From: a virus
Taxonomy: Duplodnaviria > Caudoviricetes
Strand: one strand, 5' to 3'
Virus record (IMG/VR): IMGVR_UViG_3300025015_000022
Location: 20,465 to 84,464 of that record
DNA length: 64,000 nucleotides
Shown: positions 38,304-48,933 of the stretch, piece after piece
Layout of the letters: every line of letters begins with the position of its first letter
How positions within the stretch are numbered: the first letter of the stretch is position 1
The notes under the pieces: model-generated
Told to the model about the DNA's origin: nothing
Databases searched by the model: none
The model's input: the letters and a program-made list of their open reading frames with translations, nothing else
Position numbers and translations under genes: made by a program

Positions 38304-40556
38304 ATGGCAACGCGACCGACCCGATCCGGCATCAAGTTCGCGCGGTTCTACTACCGCGCGCTACAGCGGATGATCAGCGAGTTCAAGAAGATTGAGCTTC
38401 CGTGGCACACGGAGACCTCCGACGACGACCCCGTCAACGGGATCAACCGGGTGCAGGCGGCGGTTGGGCACACGACGCTCTGCGCGATCGATCGCGGGGT
38501 GGAGTCGTTCTCGTGGCGGCACTTCGCGACCCGTGGGGAGGCGCTGTCGCTGGCGAGGCTGAAGGGCTTCTCGCTGCGGCGGGACGTGCCGGCGAGTGCG
38601 CGGATGGTCGGCAGGCTCTCGGGGCTGCTGACGGCGCCGACGCTGCTGCTCCAGACCGGGGCGTTGGTGGCCACGAAGTCGACGGACTCGGCGCCTTCGG
38701 TGGAGTACGAGCACCTCGACGCAGCGGTGACCGCCGACGCGACGACGTTGCTGGTGTACACGCGTAAGTGGGACGTGGGGGCGGGGGCGTTCGTGTTCGC
38801 GGCGTGGGTGCCGGGGGCTGACCTGTTTTCGACGCCCCCCGTGTACGGCGAAGCGGTCTACGTGGGGCACCGGCACCTGGCGTTCGACGCGATGACGTGG
38901 GCGTTCACGACGCCGAATCCGGGGACGGTGGACCTGTCTCTGGAGTACATGGACGAAGGCTACGTCGGGACGCCCGCTGTCGTCACGAAGGACGGCGACG
39001 GGCCTGGCACGCTGACGTTCCACGTGGGGACATTCGTGGACGGCGCGACCAGGTGGCGCACAGGCCTCGGCGTGGAGGTGACGTACCTACCTACGGGCCG
39101 AGTGGCCACGGGAACCATGGGCGCGAGCCTGACCGTGCTGACCATCGGCGGGTACATGGGGCAGACGATCCCCTCCGAGGTGGCGTCGGACTACAGCGTC
39201 AAGACCACGTGGACGCCGATCCCGGTGGACGACGTGAGCGGTTCTGCTGGGGATACCCTGGCAGCCTCGGGCTCCACGGAGATCGTGCTTCCGCTCACCA
39301 CCTCGCGCACGTGGACCACCGACTCTACGCCGGGGGTCGAGGGCTTCTGGCTACGCTTCCGCGTGGCGAAGGTCACGGGGGGAGCCTCCGCGAAGCCCAC
39401 GACGGTCGACGGGGACGACGGCGACTGGTACCTGCCGTGGGAAGCCACGCAGGGGCGCACGGTGTCCGACGAGCTCGGAACGTCCACGGGCGACGCCTGG
39501 CAGGAGTTCTCGCTTCCGACCGAGCCCTACGTGGACGGGTCGGTGTCCGAGTTGCGCGTGGGGACGGACGCGGACTGGAGCGAGATCGAAACGCTGTACG
39601 ACGCCGATTCGTCGTCGAAGGTGTTCCAGGTCCTGGAGATGGACGACGAGGTCGTGAGGCTGGTGACCGGCAACGGGACCAACGGGCAGATCCCGCCCGC
39701 GGGCCAGGTCGTGAGGTCCACCTACCGCGTGGGTGCCGACCAGAACGGCAACGCGGGGGCAGGGACGATCGAAGTGCAGCGCACGGGGGTCTCTCTCGTA
39801 GCAGCGGTGTGGAACCACCGAGCGGCTTCGGGCTGGACGTACCGGGAAGCCGGGACCGCGATCTCGTTGGAGGAGCTTCGGTACGTGGGCCCTGCTCGCG
39901 TTCGAGCTGTGCAGCGGGTGGTGACCGTCGAGGACTACGAGACGGCGGCGCAGGACGACTTCATGCTCGCGGCTGGGGGCAACCCGGTTTCGCGAGCGAT
40001 TGCCGTCGAGAACGGCGCTGGTGACCAGTCGGTGATGCTCGTTGTCGTGGGTGAGGATGGGGCAGCTCTGACCACGTCGGACCTCGCGGAGATGGACACG
40101 TGGTTCAACGGGCAGCAGGTCGACCTGCAACGCGTCGGCGGGCGAACGATGGCGGGGCTTCGGTGCTGGCCGGTGAACTACACGCCGGAGCCTATCGACG
40201 TGGCGATCGAAATCATGTGCCAGCCCGGGACTGCAACGGGCAAGTCTGGTGCGGTGCAAGAGGCGCTGACCAGCGTGCTTCGCCCTGACGCGACGCTGGC
40301 CGACTGGAAGATCGCTGCGGGCCGGGAGAGCGAGGTGGTATCGTCGGATTACGCCGAGTGGCTGTGGACGCTGGGGGGCGAGGTGCAGCGCTTCCGCTTG
40401 GCTGTGGTGGCGTTGGCTGCTGCGGGATATGGAGCCTACGACATCGCGGTGCTCACGATGGACGACGGTGGGGGCCCGGGGGTGGCGAACATAGTGTTGA
40501 CCGGCACCGAGCTACCGTTCCCCGGGACGGTGGCGGTGACCATCACGGAGGCCTGA
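38304..40556 (+). CDS. baseplate wedge protein (gpJ/T4 gp6-like, extended)
   Basis: LARLKGFSLRRDVPAS, VRLVTGNGTNGQIP, YRVGADQNGN, RVVTVEDYETAA. Confidence 0.8.
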   Translation: MATRPTRSGIKFARFYYRALQRMISEFKKIELPWHTETSDDDPVNGINRVQAAVGHTTLCAIDRGVESFSWRHFATRGEALSLARLKGFSLRRDVPASARMVGRLSGLLTAPTLLLQTGALVATKSTDSAPSVEYEHLDAAVTADATTLLVYTRKWDVGAGAFVFAAWVPGADLFSTPPVYGEAVYVGHRHLAFDAMTWAFTTPNPGTVDLSLEYMDEGYVGTPAVVTKDGDGPGTLTFHVGTFVDGATRWRTGLGVEVTYLPTGRVATGTMGASLTVLTIGGYMGQTIPSEVASDYSVKTTWTPIPVDDVSGSAGDTLAASGSTEIVLPLTTSRTWTTDSTPGVEGFWLRFRVAKVTGGASAKPTTVDGDDGDWYLPWEATQGRTVSDELGTSTGDAWQEFSLPTEPYVDGSVSELRVGTDADWSEIETLYDADSSSKVFQVLEMDDEVVRLVTGNGTNGQIPPAGQVVRSTYRVGADQNGNAGAGTIEVQRTGVSLVAAVWNHRAASGWTYREAGTAISLEELRYVGPARVRAVQRVVTVEDYETAAQDDFMLAAGGNPVSRAIAVENGAGDQSVMLVVVGEDGAALTTSDLAEMDTWFNGQQVDLQRVGGRTMAGLRCWPVNYTPEPIDVAIEIMCQPGTATGKSGAVQEALTSVLRPDATLADWKIAAGRESEVVSSDYAEWLWTLGGEVQRFRLAVVALAAAGYGAYDIAVLTMDDGGGPGVANIVLTGTELPFPGTVAVTITEA

Positions 40557-40557
40557 C

Positions 40558-40806
40558 ATGGACGATTTCAATGCCTGGTGTCTTCGAGTCGCGGGAGAGT
40601 TCGAGCCCGAGGTGAAAGCCGCTGCTGTGGACGTGATGATCGCTGCGTCGGCGGTGGTCATGGCGTCGAAGGCGGATCGGCAGGTCTGCCAGTCGCTGCT
40701 CTTGGAGGCGCTGGCGCGGGCTGAGAAGCGGGGCAACGAGTTGGGCATCGAGATCGGCGGGCGTCTGGCTGCGCTCGTGCTGAAGACTGTCATGGAGGTG
40801 CTGTGA
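40558..40806 (+). CDS. hypothetical protein
   Basis: ORF track; helical, tightly packed. Confidence 0.5.
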   Translation: MDDFNAWCLRVAGEFEPEVKAAAVDVMIAASAVVMASKADRQVCQSLLLEALARAEKRGNELGIEIGGRLAALVLKTVMEVL

Positions 40807-41078
40807 TGAAGGCCACGAAGATCCTGGCTGCGTTCGTGCTCGTGATGATCGGTGGGTGCTCGTCTGCGCAGGACGCCGCGGCAGTGGACACGCAGTGGGA
40901 CGGTGCGTGCTTCCAGCGAGCGGTGTTCGCGGACTGCTTTCGTACTGTTGGCGAAGACGCACGCGTGTGCTGGCCGGGCGCTCCGACGTTCACCCGGGCG
41001 CAGGCGATGTTGCGTGTGAAGCTCGCGGGTGAGCGGCTTGACCGCCTGGGGATGACCTGTGACGGGTGGCAGCCGTGA
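40806..41078 (+). CDS. predicted lipoprotein
   Basis: MKATKILAAFVLVMIGG-C signal peptide with lipobox. Confidence 0.6.
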   Translation: MKATKILAAFVLVMIGGCSSAQDAAAVDTQWDGACFQRAVFADCFRTVGEDARVCWPGAPTFTRAQAMLRVKLAGERLDRLGMTCDGWQP

Positions 41079-41292
41079 GAACGATCCGCCTACTGGCGGC
41101 GTTCGTGTTGTGGCGGGCCATCGGGGCGGTGGTGCAGTTCGCTCCGAGAAGTGGGATATGGAAGCGCGTAGACGCAGGGGGCCCGACGTGATGGCCGTTG
41201 CGGTGGCTGGGGTTGTTGGCGCTGTGCTGGCGCTGCTGGGTTTCGCGTGGGTCGTGACGCCACGTGAGCACCGCCCGCGCTTGAAGGGGTAG
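41075..41292 (+). CDS. small membrane protein
   Basis: VMAVAVAGVVGAVLALLGFAWVV; start uncertain. Confidence 0.4.
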
Positions 41293-41295
41293 ACG

Positions 41296-43638
41296 ATGGC
41301 CGACAGGCTGATCCCGACGACCTACAGCGGCGCCGCGGCCGTGACCGACGCCCTCGCAGCATGCGGCGTTGGCGACCGCATCGTGTTCGAGGCCGGGGCC
41401 GCGCTGTCCTACGTCGGACAGACCCTCTCGAAGCCTGCGACGGCCAACATCCAGTGGATCAACCAGCGCGGCGCCAACATCACGCTCACCCCCGCGAACA
41501 ACACCAGCTTTGCGCCGGGAAGCGGATGGATCGTCGGCGAGGCGGCGGGCAGTGGGTTCGGCTTCGACATCACTCTCACGGCGGGCAACTCCCCGGGAGC
41601 CTCGGGCGGTGTGGTCTACATCGCCTCCGCGAAGTCCTGCACCTTCTACGACTCGACGATCACGGGCACATCTCTTGGAGCCAACGCGATCCGCGTCGAG
41701 GGCGGCGCCAGCGCTGCGGCGTGCGTGCTGCGCAGATGCACGGTCAAGGAGTACGCTGCCAGCCCGAACAACCCCGCGGCTGGCGAATGGGGCGTGGCGC
41801 TCGTCGTCAACGGGGGAGGCGCTGTCTGCTCCGTAGACGCCAAGGACTGTACTTTCTACGGCGACGGAGCGTCCGGCGGCGTCGGAATCTATGCGCAGGT
41901 CGCGGGACGATCGCGGGCGACCATCGAGCGCTGCACCTTCCGCACGCAATCGTGGGGAATCTACCTGACCGGAGCGGACGCGACCGGCGTCAACGTGCGC
42001 TACTCGCAGTTCTACGCGCACAACCACTACGGTATCGAGCACGCTGCGGCTACCGACCCGCCGCTCGTGGTCAAGCGCTGCATTTTCGCGAACAACACGC
42101 TCGGCGACTACCTACCAAACGGCGCCAAGGGCGGCGTCAACGTCGACTCGTGCTATTTTGAGGCTATGGAGGTCCAGGTCGGCGCGACATGGGCGAAGAA
42201 CCACTACGACGCTGTGATCGGGGCTCCAGGTGGCACCGACGTCAACACGCTGATCGCGGCGGCCGACTTCGCGAACTTCGCCGGAAACGACTTCGAGATC
42301 GGCGGCGCGAGCGCGCTGATCAACGTCGGTAACGACGCGGGCGGAGACGGGCTTGATGCTGCGGGCGTGACGGCCGTCCGCGGGACATCTGCGGACGTTG
42401 GCCCCTACGAATACCAGGGTGTCGACGTTGACGTTGACGAGCCGTCGTCGTCGTTCATCGACCAGGTAACAGTAGACGTGGTGTTTGTCGACTCGTTCGG
42501 CGGAACCGCCATCGTCACGCAGGTCAGCGCGGAGAACGTGGCCAACTGGGACGTGGTGAGCGCCGATCCGACGCTTGCGGTCACGGGCTCCGCTCGCCAG
42601 TCCGATACCACCTACCGGTTGACGCTGAACCACGCGGCGCCCGGCGGGACGTGGAACGAGTTCTCGCCGCTCGGCGTCGTGACCAACTACGGTGGCGTAG
42701 TCAACGGCTCGGCGACGCTCCTGGCGCCCGTCACCGACTGCGGGATCGCGTCGCTGGCGCAGACAGGTGCGAGCACGGTGCGCGTGACGTTCGTGGCTTC
42801 GGGGGGCGGGGCGCAGATCCCGCTACAGGCCTCGGCCGAGACGGAAGGCAACTGGGCAGTGGCGGGGGACGCTGGGCCGCTGGCGCTGGTGACGGCGGCG
42901 CGCGTGTCCGACCTCGTGTACGACCTCACGCTCGATCGGAGCATCGAGCCAGGGGAGACGGTCGGCGTCGACTCGTCGCTGGTGGCTACGGACTCGGGGG
43001 GGCTCTGCGACGACCCAGGGGTTGACGTGCTCGTGAGCGTCTGGGGTGGCTTGCTGTCGGCGACGATGGACGACGCGGAGACGCTGCGCCTCACCTACAT
43101 CGACGGCGGGCCCAACACGGCGCCGGTCGAGGCCGACGCGGTCGACGTGGCGAAGGTGGTGGTGCAGGGTGCGCTTGGCGGGCTGGCGGCGACGGTGATC
43201 GTGAAGGCCTCGACGTTCGTGTACGTCGCCACGCTCTCGCGGCCGACCGCACCGGGCGAGGCGTGCACCGTCGACCTCACCGCAGGGGGCGTCGTGGCCA
43301 CCATTGGCGGTGGGGAGGTTGCCGCGCCTGGCGACCTGCCGTTCGTAGGGGTGCAGTGGGACGGAGGTGTCGCCAAGCGCGCCGAGGCCATCACGCCCAC
43401 GGAGATTCGCGTGGAGTTCGATGACGCTTCCTGGTACTCCTGGCCATCCCTGGCGAGCGCTGGACGGGCGGCGAGTTGGACCGTGCAGTTGCAGGGCGGG
43501 GCTGTCGTTCCCGTAGCCGCAGCCCGGGAAGAGTCGCGCTACGTGTACATCCTCACCACGGCGACCCCAATGAGCAACCGGCTGTTCGAGGTCGTGACTG
43601 ACGCCGTGCTGTCTGCCCACGGAGGGACCTGCGCATGA
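41296..43638 (+). CDS. virion protein with parallel beta-helix-like N-terminus and four Ig-like repeats
   Basis: Repeating IERCTF/VRYSQF/VKRCIF/VDSCYF strands; four ~100-aa units each with a W-x-V...Y-x-L-T-L-like motif. Confidence 0.6.
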   Translation: MADRLIPTTYSGAAAVTDALAACGVGDRIVFEAGAALSYVGQTLSKPATANIQWINQRGANITLTPANNTSFAPGSGWIVGEAAGSGFGFDITLTAGNSPGASGGVVYIASAKSCTFYDSTITGTSLGANAIRVEGGASAAACVLRRCTVKEYAASPNNPAAGEWGVALVVNGGGAVCSVDAKDCTFYGDGASGGVGIYAQVAGRSRATIERCTFRTQSWGIYLTGADATGVNVRYSQFYAHNHYGIEHAAATDPPLVVKRCIFANNTLGDYLPNGAKGGVNVDSCYFEAMEVQVGATWAKNHYDAVIGAPGGTDVNTLIAAADFANFAGNDFEIGGASALINVGNDAGGDGLDAAGVTAVRGTSADVGPYEYQGVDVDVDEPSSSFIDQVTVDVVFVDSFGGTAIVTQVSAENVANWDVVSADPTLAVTGSARQSDTTYRLTLNHAAPGGTWNEFSPLGVVTNYGGVVNGSATLLAPVTDCGIASLAQTGASTVRVTFVASGGGAQIPLQASAETEGNWAVAGDAGPLALVTAARVSDLVYDLTLDRSIEPGETVGVDSSLVATDSGGLCDDPGVDVLVSVWGGLLSATMDDAETLRLTYIDGGPNTAPVEADAVDVAKVVVQGALGGLAATVIVKASTFVYVATLSRPTAPGEACTVDLTAGGVVATIGGGEVAAPGDLPFVGVQWDGGVAKRAEAITPTEIRVEFDDASWYSWPSLASAGRAASWTVQLQGGAVVPVAAAREESRYVYILTTATPMSNRLFEVVTDAVLSAHGGTCA

Positions 43639-44768
43639 CCACGCTGACGTTCTGGGGGCTCTCGCCCTCCCCGACCCCTGCGGAGTTGGACGCCGCAATC
43701 GAGACGTTGAAAAGCCGGTACCTGGCGCTGACCAGGCCGTCGCTGTACGCCTCGGAGGATGGCCGCGAGTTCCTCGAAGGACTGTACCGGACCTTCGCGC
43801 GGTCGGACCTCGAGATCGCCAAGGTGTTCAACCGGCTGCTCTCGGCGAAGGATCCGCTGGCCTGCGACGACGAGTTCGTGAGCGAGCTCGCGACGGTGGT
43901 CGGGCTGGACGAGAGGACCCCGTGGTTCGCGAGCCTGACCGCGAACCAACGGAGGCGGTTCGTGGTGTCGGCGCCGTTCATTTTCGACGAGAAGGGCACC
44001 GACTACCGGCGGTTCTTCCGGGCGTTGTTGGGCGCGCGGTCGGTGACGTACCAGTGGCAGGACCTGCGGGACATCGTTGGGGGCCCGTTGCCGGCGTTGT
44101 TCGTGGCGCTTTCGGACGCGGGGGAAGAGTCGACGGTCTACGTGCACCACACGAACCCCGAGGGGGTGAGCGCCACGATCATCAACGCGGCGGTCGAGAC
44201 GGTGCGGAGGCTGGGGTCGACGGTGATCCGGCAGGTGTTCGAGTTCATCGACGACTTCCTGGAGGGCTCGGGGCAGTGGACGACCTCGGGGCCCGTGACG
44301 GCGGCCGATGGAGTGGCCACGGTGGGCGACGGGGTTGACACTGCGTACGCGGAGACGGCCAACGACGGGTCGACGTGGGCGCAACATGCGGTGCACGTGC
44401 GGGCGCGGTACCGGGCTGGGGACGCCGTGAGGCTGCGGACGTATATGGACGCCACCGACGACGGGTTCGAGTTGCTGATTGAGCCCGCGGGGGGGGCGAG
44501 TCAGATCCGGCTGTACAACACCGTGGGCCCTGCGCTCCTGATGGACTCTGGCGCTGTCTTGGACATCCCGGCGGGGTACACGGTGGACCTGCGAGTCGAG
44601 CATCGCGCAGTGGCCGGTGGAACGCGCGTGCTGGTGATCTTGGACGGGAGCACGGTGTTTGAGTACGTCCCCGGGGCGGTGGGGTATCTGCCCGGGCGGT
44701 TCCGGCTATCGGCGGACGCGGGATCGGTGGCTGAGATTGTGCTAGCGGAAGTCGTCGAGGTAGCGTAG
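43635..44768 (+). CDS. baseplate wedge protein (gpI-like) with C-terminal beta-sandwich
   Basis: DPLACDDEFVSELATVVG..W, FDEKGT; ConA-like C-terminal half. Confidence 0.7.
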   Translation: MTTLTFWGLSPSPTPAELDAAIETLKSRYLALTRPSLYASEDGREFLEGLYRTFARSDLEIAKVFNRLLSAKDPLACDDEFVSELATVVGLDERTPWFASLTANQRRRFVVSAPFIFDEKGTDYRRFFRALLGARSVTYQWQDLRDIVGGPLPALFVALSDAGEESTVYVHHTNPEGVSATIINAAVETVRRLGSTVIRQVFEFIDDFLEGSGQWTTSGPVTAADGVATVGDGVDTAYAETANDGSTWAQHAVHVRARYRAGDAVRLRTYMDATDDGFELLIEPAGGASQIRLYNTVGPALLMDSGAVLDIPAGYTVDLRVEHRAVAGGTRVLVILDGSTVFEYVPGAVGYLPGRFRLSADAGSVAEIVLAEVVEVA

Positions 44769-44810
44769 CAAAACGGGCCGGAAGGCTCTTGGACTCTCTG
44801 GAGGTAGACC

Positions 44811-47312
44811 ATGACCACGCGAGACCCCCTGTGGAACCCGAACACTCGACAGCCTGCGGGTGTGGAGCACTGGAAGACGTACCTGCGCGACCCGCTGCAC
44901 GGAGCGGTGGGCGACGTGCTGCGGTCGCTGTTCCCGACGCCTGCGGTGCTGGGGGAGACGTGGCCGGTGGTGTACGCGGCGGGCAAGGTGGACGTGAGCA
45001 CGACGGCGACCCGTGGGGCGATCGTCGAGGACGCTGACGGCAAGTCGCGGTTGATCATGCCCACTGTGGCTCTCGGGGCTGGCGAGTGGTTCGAGCAGCT
45101 TGCGGGGTCGGCGGGGTTTGCGGACGTGTGGTTCCCCGACGCGCCGGGGGTCACGTACTACGTGAGCTTGCGGTACGAGAAGATCCCGGTACAGGCTCGG
45201 ACGCTGGGCGAGCCGTCGACGACGGGTGCGCTGGCGGAGTACCGGTTCGACGTGGAGCAAGAGCGCATCGGTCGGCAGGGCACGCCGGACCTGGTGACCG
45301 AGCCGATCGCGGGGCAGTTGCAGTTCCGGCTGGACTCGTTGATCGGGCCAACATTGTACGCTCCCGACCCCCTCCACACACGACAGGTGGTGATCTGGAA
45401 GGTGGTTCCGGCGACCGGCGGTGCGCAGGCGGTGGCGCTGGTGGACGGGCTGGTCAGCGGCGGGCACTTCATCGCCACGGTCCCGCACCTGTTCGGGCAG
45501 ACGGCGGCCTCGCTGGTCGAGGCTGACTACGGCGCCTGCGTGCTGGGCCCGGTGGTCGAGACGGTGGACCCGACGGGTGATTCGCGGCACGTGCTGCTCG
45601 CCACAGTGACGACGGGAGTAGTCGACACCTCGGTGCAGAACGTGGTCGACGTGCCGGAGCAGACCGACGATCGCCTCGACGAGTTGGAGGCGTGGGTGCG
45701 CGGGTACGTGAACGGCGCAGGCAACCCCTACAAGGCGGGCATCTACCTGGGTTCGAACGCCGACATGGGCTGGAACAACATCGTTTTGACTGAGCCCGGT
45801 GGCGGCATCGTCAAGACGGCGTTCGCGTCGAGCCCGTTCGTGGTTGGGACCAGGCCATTCGCGTTCATCGATGGGCATTTCATTTTCGAGGATGCGACCG
45901 GTGCTCCGGACTGGACCGACTACCAGTACGCTCCCGGGGTCGGAGCCGGGACATTCACCGTGTGCATGGAAGCGGTCGACGAGACGACCAGTGCCACGCC
46001 GAAGTGGACGGCGCAGTTGACGACCTACGCGGGGACGTACTCTCAGGCGCGGCTTGATGGGCTGCTGCCGCTGGTGACGTACGACTGGACGGGCGCAGTG
46101 ATCGATGGTGGCGGCGCGAGCCAGGCGCCGTTGCGGCTGCGCTCGATGCGTGGCGATCGGGAGTTGGAAGGGCTGGGCGGCGACGCGCTGTACCTCGCCC
46201 CGACGACGCCTGCGAGCGGCGCTGGTTCGCTGGCGCTGCGGGTGGTGACGTCTGGCAGCAAGGGCGCGGAGCAGCTCCACCTGCTGGCGAACTTCGACGA
46301 CGACGAGTTGGACGCCACGATCGCGTTCGAGCGGATGCTGGCCACCCTCGATGCACTCCCGGGGCACGTGATGAAGGTGGCGGCGCAGGCGAACGCGGCG
46401 GCGCAGACCACGGATGCGGAGTTCTCGGCGGTGCAGTTGGGCGGCGCTGGCGACCTCGACCTGGTGGGGCGGACGGTCGGCGTCGGAGCCGTGCGCCAGG
46501 TGGCGATTGCCGACGCGGCGAACCCGCTGACCACGGAGATCCTCGTGCTCGCAGAGGATGGTGGCGACGGGGCCGACGAGATCCCGGCGGCGAGCGGGAA
46601 TCACCCGATCTTGAAGGCCGGCGACTTCGCCTACCTCGGCACCAACGGCAAGGTCGAGTGGCAGTCCGTTCCGTTGATCCCGCTGAACTGCGGACGGTCG
46701 TACGACAACACGGGCGTGCCCGACAAGGGGCACGTCTTCGGTCCGTGGGTCCATGGTGTGCAGATCGCGGCTGGCGCCAACCCCACGGGAGCAGACCCGG
46801 GAGACTGGCTGTGGCTGGACGTGGACAACTTTGGGGCGGGGGCCGGTGCGGAATACGCGAACTACGGCATCCTGGGCGTCGGAACCTACGTCGAGATCCC
46901 GATCCTCAATCGGTTCGAAGACCGGCTGTCCGACGCGCTGGGATACGTGGTGCTGGCCGCTGCTGATGTGAATTCGGATGATGAGATCACGATGAAGATC
47001 GTAAGCCGGGACGTGACCGGAGCGTATAAGGAATGGGCACGGCTGAAGAACGTGGCCGCAAATCGCTGGTTCAACGACGGCATCCTCAATGACGGGTTCC
47101 GCACGTTGTCGACGGACGGCGAGACGGGTGCCGACCACCCGGCGGGTGCAGGTGTGGCGTGGGTGCCCGCGACGCACGCTTTTCAGATGTTGTCGTCGCC
47201 GTTGCAGTCCGCGCCTCGGTTCTTCATGCGCTTCGAGATCAGCCTGTGGGGCGTGCAGAGGGCGGTATCGGTGCGTGGGGCTACCGTTGGGATTGGCAGG
47301 CTGGCGCCCTGA
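44811..47312 (+). CDS. tail fibre/receptor-binding protein
   Basis: 833 aa, Gly/Ala/Thr-rich, follows the gpI-like gene. Confidence 0.6.
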   Translation: MTTRDPLWNPNTRQPAGVEHWKTYLRDPLHGAVGDVLRSLFPTPAVLGETWPVVYAAGKVDVSTTATRGAIVEDADGKSRLIMPTVALGAGEWFEQLAGSAGFADVWFPDAPGVTYYVSLRYEKIPVQARTLGEPSTTGALAEYRFDVEQERIGRQGTPDLVTEPIAGQLQFRLDSLIGPTLYAPDPLHTRQVVIWKVVPATGGAQAVALVDGLVSGGHFIATVPHLFGQTAASLVEADYGACVLGPVVETVDPTGDSRHVLLATVTTGVVDTSVQNVVDVPEQTDDRLDELEAWVRGYVNGAGNPYKAGIYLGSNADMGWNNIVLTEPGGGIVKTAFASSPFVVGTRPFAFIDGHFIFEDATGAPDWTDYQYAPGVGAGTFTVCMEAVDETTSATPKWTAQLTTYAGTYSQARLDGLLPLVTYDWTGAVIDGGGASQAPLRLRSMRGDRELEGLGGDALYLAPTTPASGAGSLALRVVTSGSKGAEQLHLLANFDDDELDATIAFERMLATLDALPGHVMKVAAQANAAAQTTDAEFSAVQLGGAGDLDLVGRTVGVGAVRQVAIADAANPLTTEILVLAEDGGDGADEIPAASGNHPILKAGDFAYLGTNGKVEWQSVPLIPLNCGRSYDNTGVPDKGHVFGPWVHGVQIAAGANPTGADPGDWLWLDVDNFGAGAGAEYANYGILGVGTYVEIPILNRFEDRLSDALGYVVLAAADVNSDDEITMKIVSRDVTGAYKEWARLKNVAANRWFNDGILNDGFRTLSTDGETGADHPAGAGVAWVPATHAFQMLSSPLQSAPRFFMRFEISLWGVQRAVSVRGATVGIGRLAP

Positions 47313-47397
47313 GGTTGACGCCCGCCTCACCTACGAGTACACCATCGTCGTGAGCGCTGGCGTCGTCAGCGCGGCAACCACAAGCCGGGAGGGGTCC

Positions 47398-48933
47398 ATG
47401 GCACGTCGCAAGATAGCATCACCAGCCACACCGCAGGACGCTGGCGAGATCCGCGTGGAGTACACGCCGCTGTCGAAGGTGCTGCGGTGGGAACGGAACC
47501 CCAAGCGGCATGACGAACCGTCGATTGACGCGAGTATCAATCGCTTTGGCTTCGTGGCGCCCATCATCATGAACGAGACGACGGGACGTCTGGTTGCAGG
47601 TCATGGGCGCCTCGACTCGCTTCAACGCCGCAAGGCCGCCGGCGAATCCGCACCCGAGCGTATCCGCGTCGATGGTGGCGAGTGGCTGGTGCCCGTGGTT
47701 CGGGGCGTGAGCTTCTCCACCGACGACGAGGCAGCGGCGTACGCGGTGGCAGACAACCACATCGTGGAACTCGGCGGCTGGGACAACGAGCTGCTGGCAG
47801 AGATCCTCGATGGCCTGAGCGCGAGCGACGCCGGCCTGGCTGGCATCGGGTACACCGACGCCGATCTGGCGTCGATCCACCAGTCGCTGAAGGAATCCGA
47901 CGATGCTGGCGCCGCGGCGAATCGCAAGATCGAGCGCGACGAGGTGCCCGAGGTTCCCACGACGCCGGTCTCGAAGAACGGTGACCTGTGGATCCTCGGC
48001 GCCGCCGGCAAGAACGGCCACCGGATCATCTGCGCAGACAGCCGCGACAAGGCGGCGCTGGTGCGTCTGATGGACGGCAAGAAAGCTCAATTATATTCTA
48101 CCGATCCCCCTTACGGCGTTAATTATGACGGAACATCACATCCGTTGAACGCGAAGGACAAGCTGGCTGGCAAGGAGCCAGGGTCAAATAATCATGATTG
48201 GGGCGTCAATGGTGATGACAAGTATTGGGATCATTACGCGTCGATGCAGGAGTACGAGGACATGCTGCGCGACGTGTTCGCGACTGCCAAGGTGCACGTG
48301 GCTGACAACGCCGCGTGGTACACTTGGTACGCGGACAGCAACGTCCTGCACAACCGCAACGCGTGGGCGGCGAACGGCATCCGGTTCCACCAGACGATCC
48401 AGTGGATCAAGCCGACGCCGATCCTGGGTTTCTGCATGTTCAACTTCCAGAACGAGCCCTGCATGATGGGCTGGGTGCAGGGCGACCGGCCGCTGATCAA
48501 CAAGATCGACCAGATGTCGAACGTGTGGGTCTACGACTGGGAGGGCAAGGGCCGGTGCACTGACGGCGTCCATCCCACGCAGAAGCCGATCATGCTCTTC
48601 GAGATCCCGATGCTGAAGCACACCAACATCGGTGACGTCTGCCTCGAGACGTTCTCGGGGAGCGGCAGCCAGATCATCGCTGGCGAGGTCACCGGCCGGC
48701 GCGTGTTCGCGGTGGAGCGCATGCCGAACTTCGTCGACGTGGCGGTCGAGCGCTGGCAGAAGTACACCGGGCTGGAAGCCACGCTCGAGGGCGACGGTCG
48801 TACGTTCGCAGAGGTCGCGGCTGAGCGTGGCGTCGACCTGGCGCAGCGCGCGGCGGACAAGGCCGACGCCAAGGCTGCCAAGGCGAAGCCGAAGAAGCGT
48901 GCGAGTGGCGCAGCGCAGACCCCCACCGAATAG
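47398..48933 (+). CDS. ParB-like domain fused to N6/N4 DNA methyltransferase
   Basis: SINRFGFVAPII..AGHGRL...ADN (ParB); TDPPYGV, HPTQKP, CLETFSGSGSQII, FVDVAVERWQ. Confidence 0.9.
   Translation: MARRKIASPATPQDAGEIRVEYTPLSKVLRWERNPKRHDEPSIDASINRFGFVAPIIMNETTGRLVAGHGRLDSLQRRKAAGESAPERIRVDGGEWLVPVVRGVSFSTDDEAAAYAVADNHIVELGGWDNELLAEILDGLSASDAGLAGIGYTDADLASIHQSLKESDDAGAAANRKIERDEVPEVPTTPVSKNGDLWILGAAGKNGHRIICADSRDKAALVRLMDGKKAQLYSTDPPYGVNYDGTSHPLNAKDKLAGKEPGSNNHDWGVNGDDKYWDHYASMQEYEDMLRDVFATAKVHVADNAAWYTWYADSNVLHNRNAWAANGIRFHQTIQWIKPTPILGFCMFNFQNEPCMMGWVQGDRPLINKIDQMSNVWVYDWEGKGRCTDGVHPTQKPIMLFEIPMLKHTNIGDVCLETFSGSGSQIIAGEVTGRRVFAVERMPNFVDVAVERWQKYTGLEATLEGDGRTFAEVAAERGVDLAQRAADKADAKAAKAKPKKRASGAAQTPTE

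Noticed and set aside
47315-47343. Promoter TTGACG-17-TACACC before the ParB-MTase
   Set aside because: The -10 lacks the conserved final T; too weak to list as a feature.
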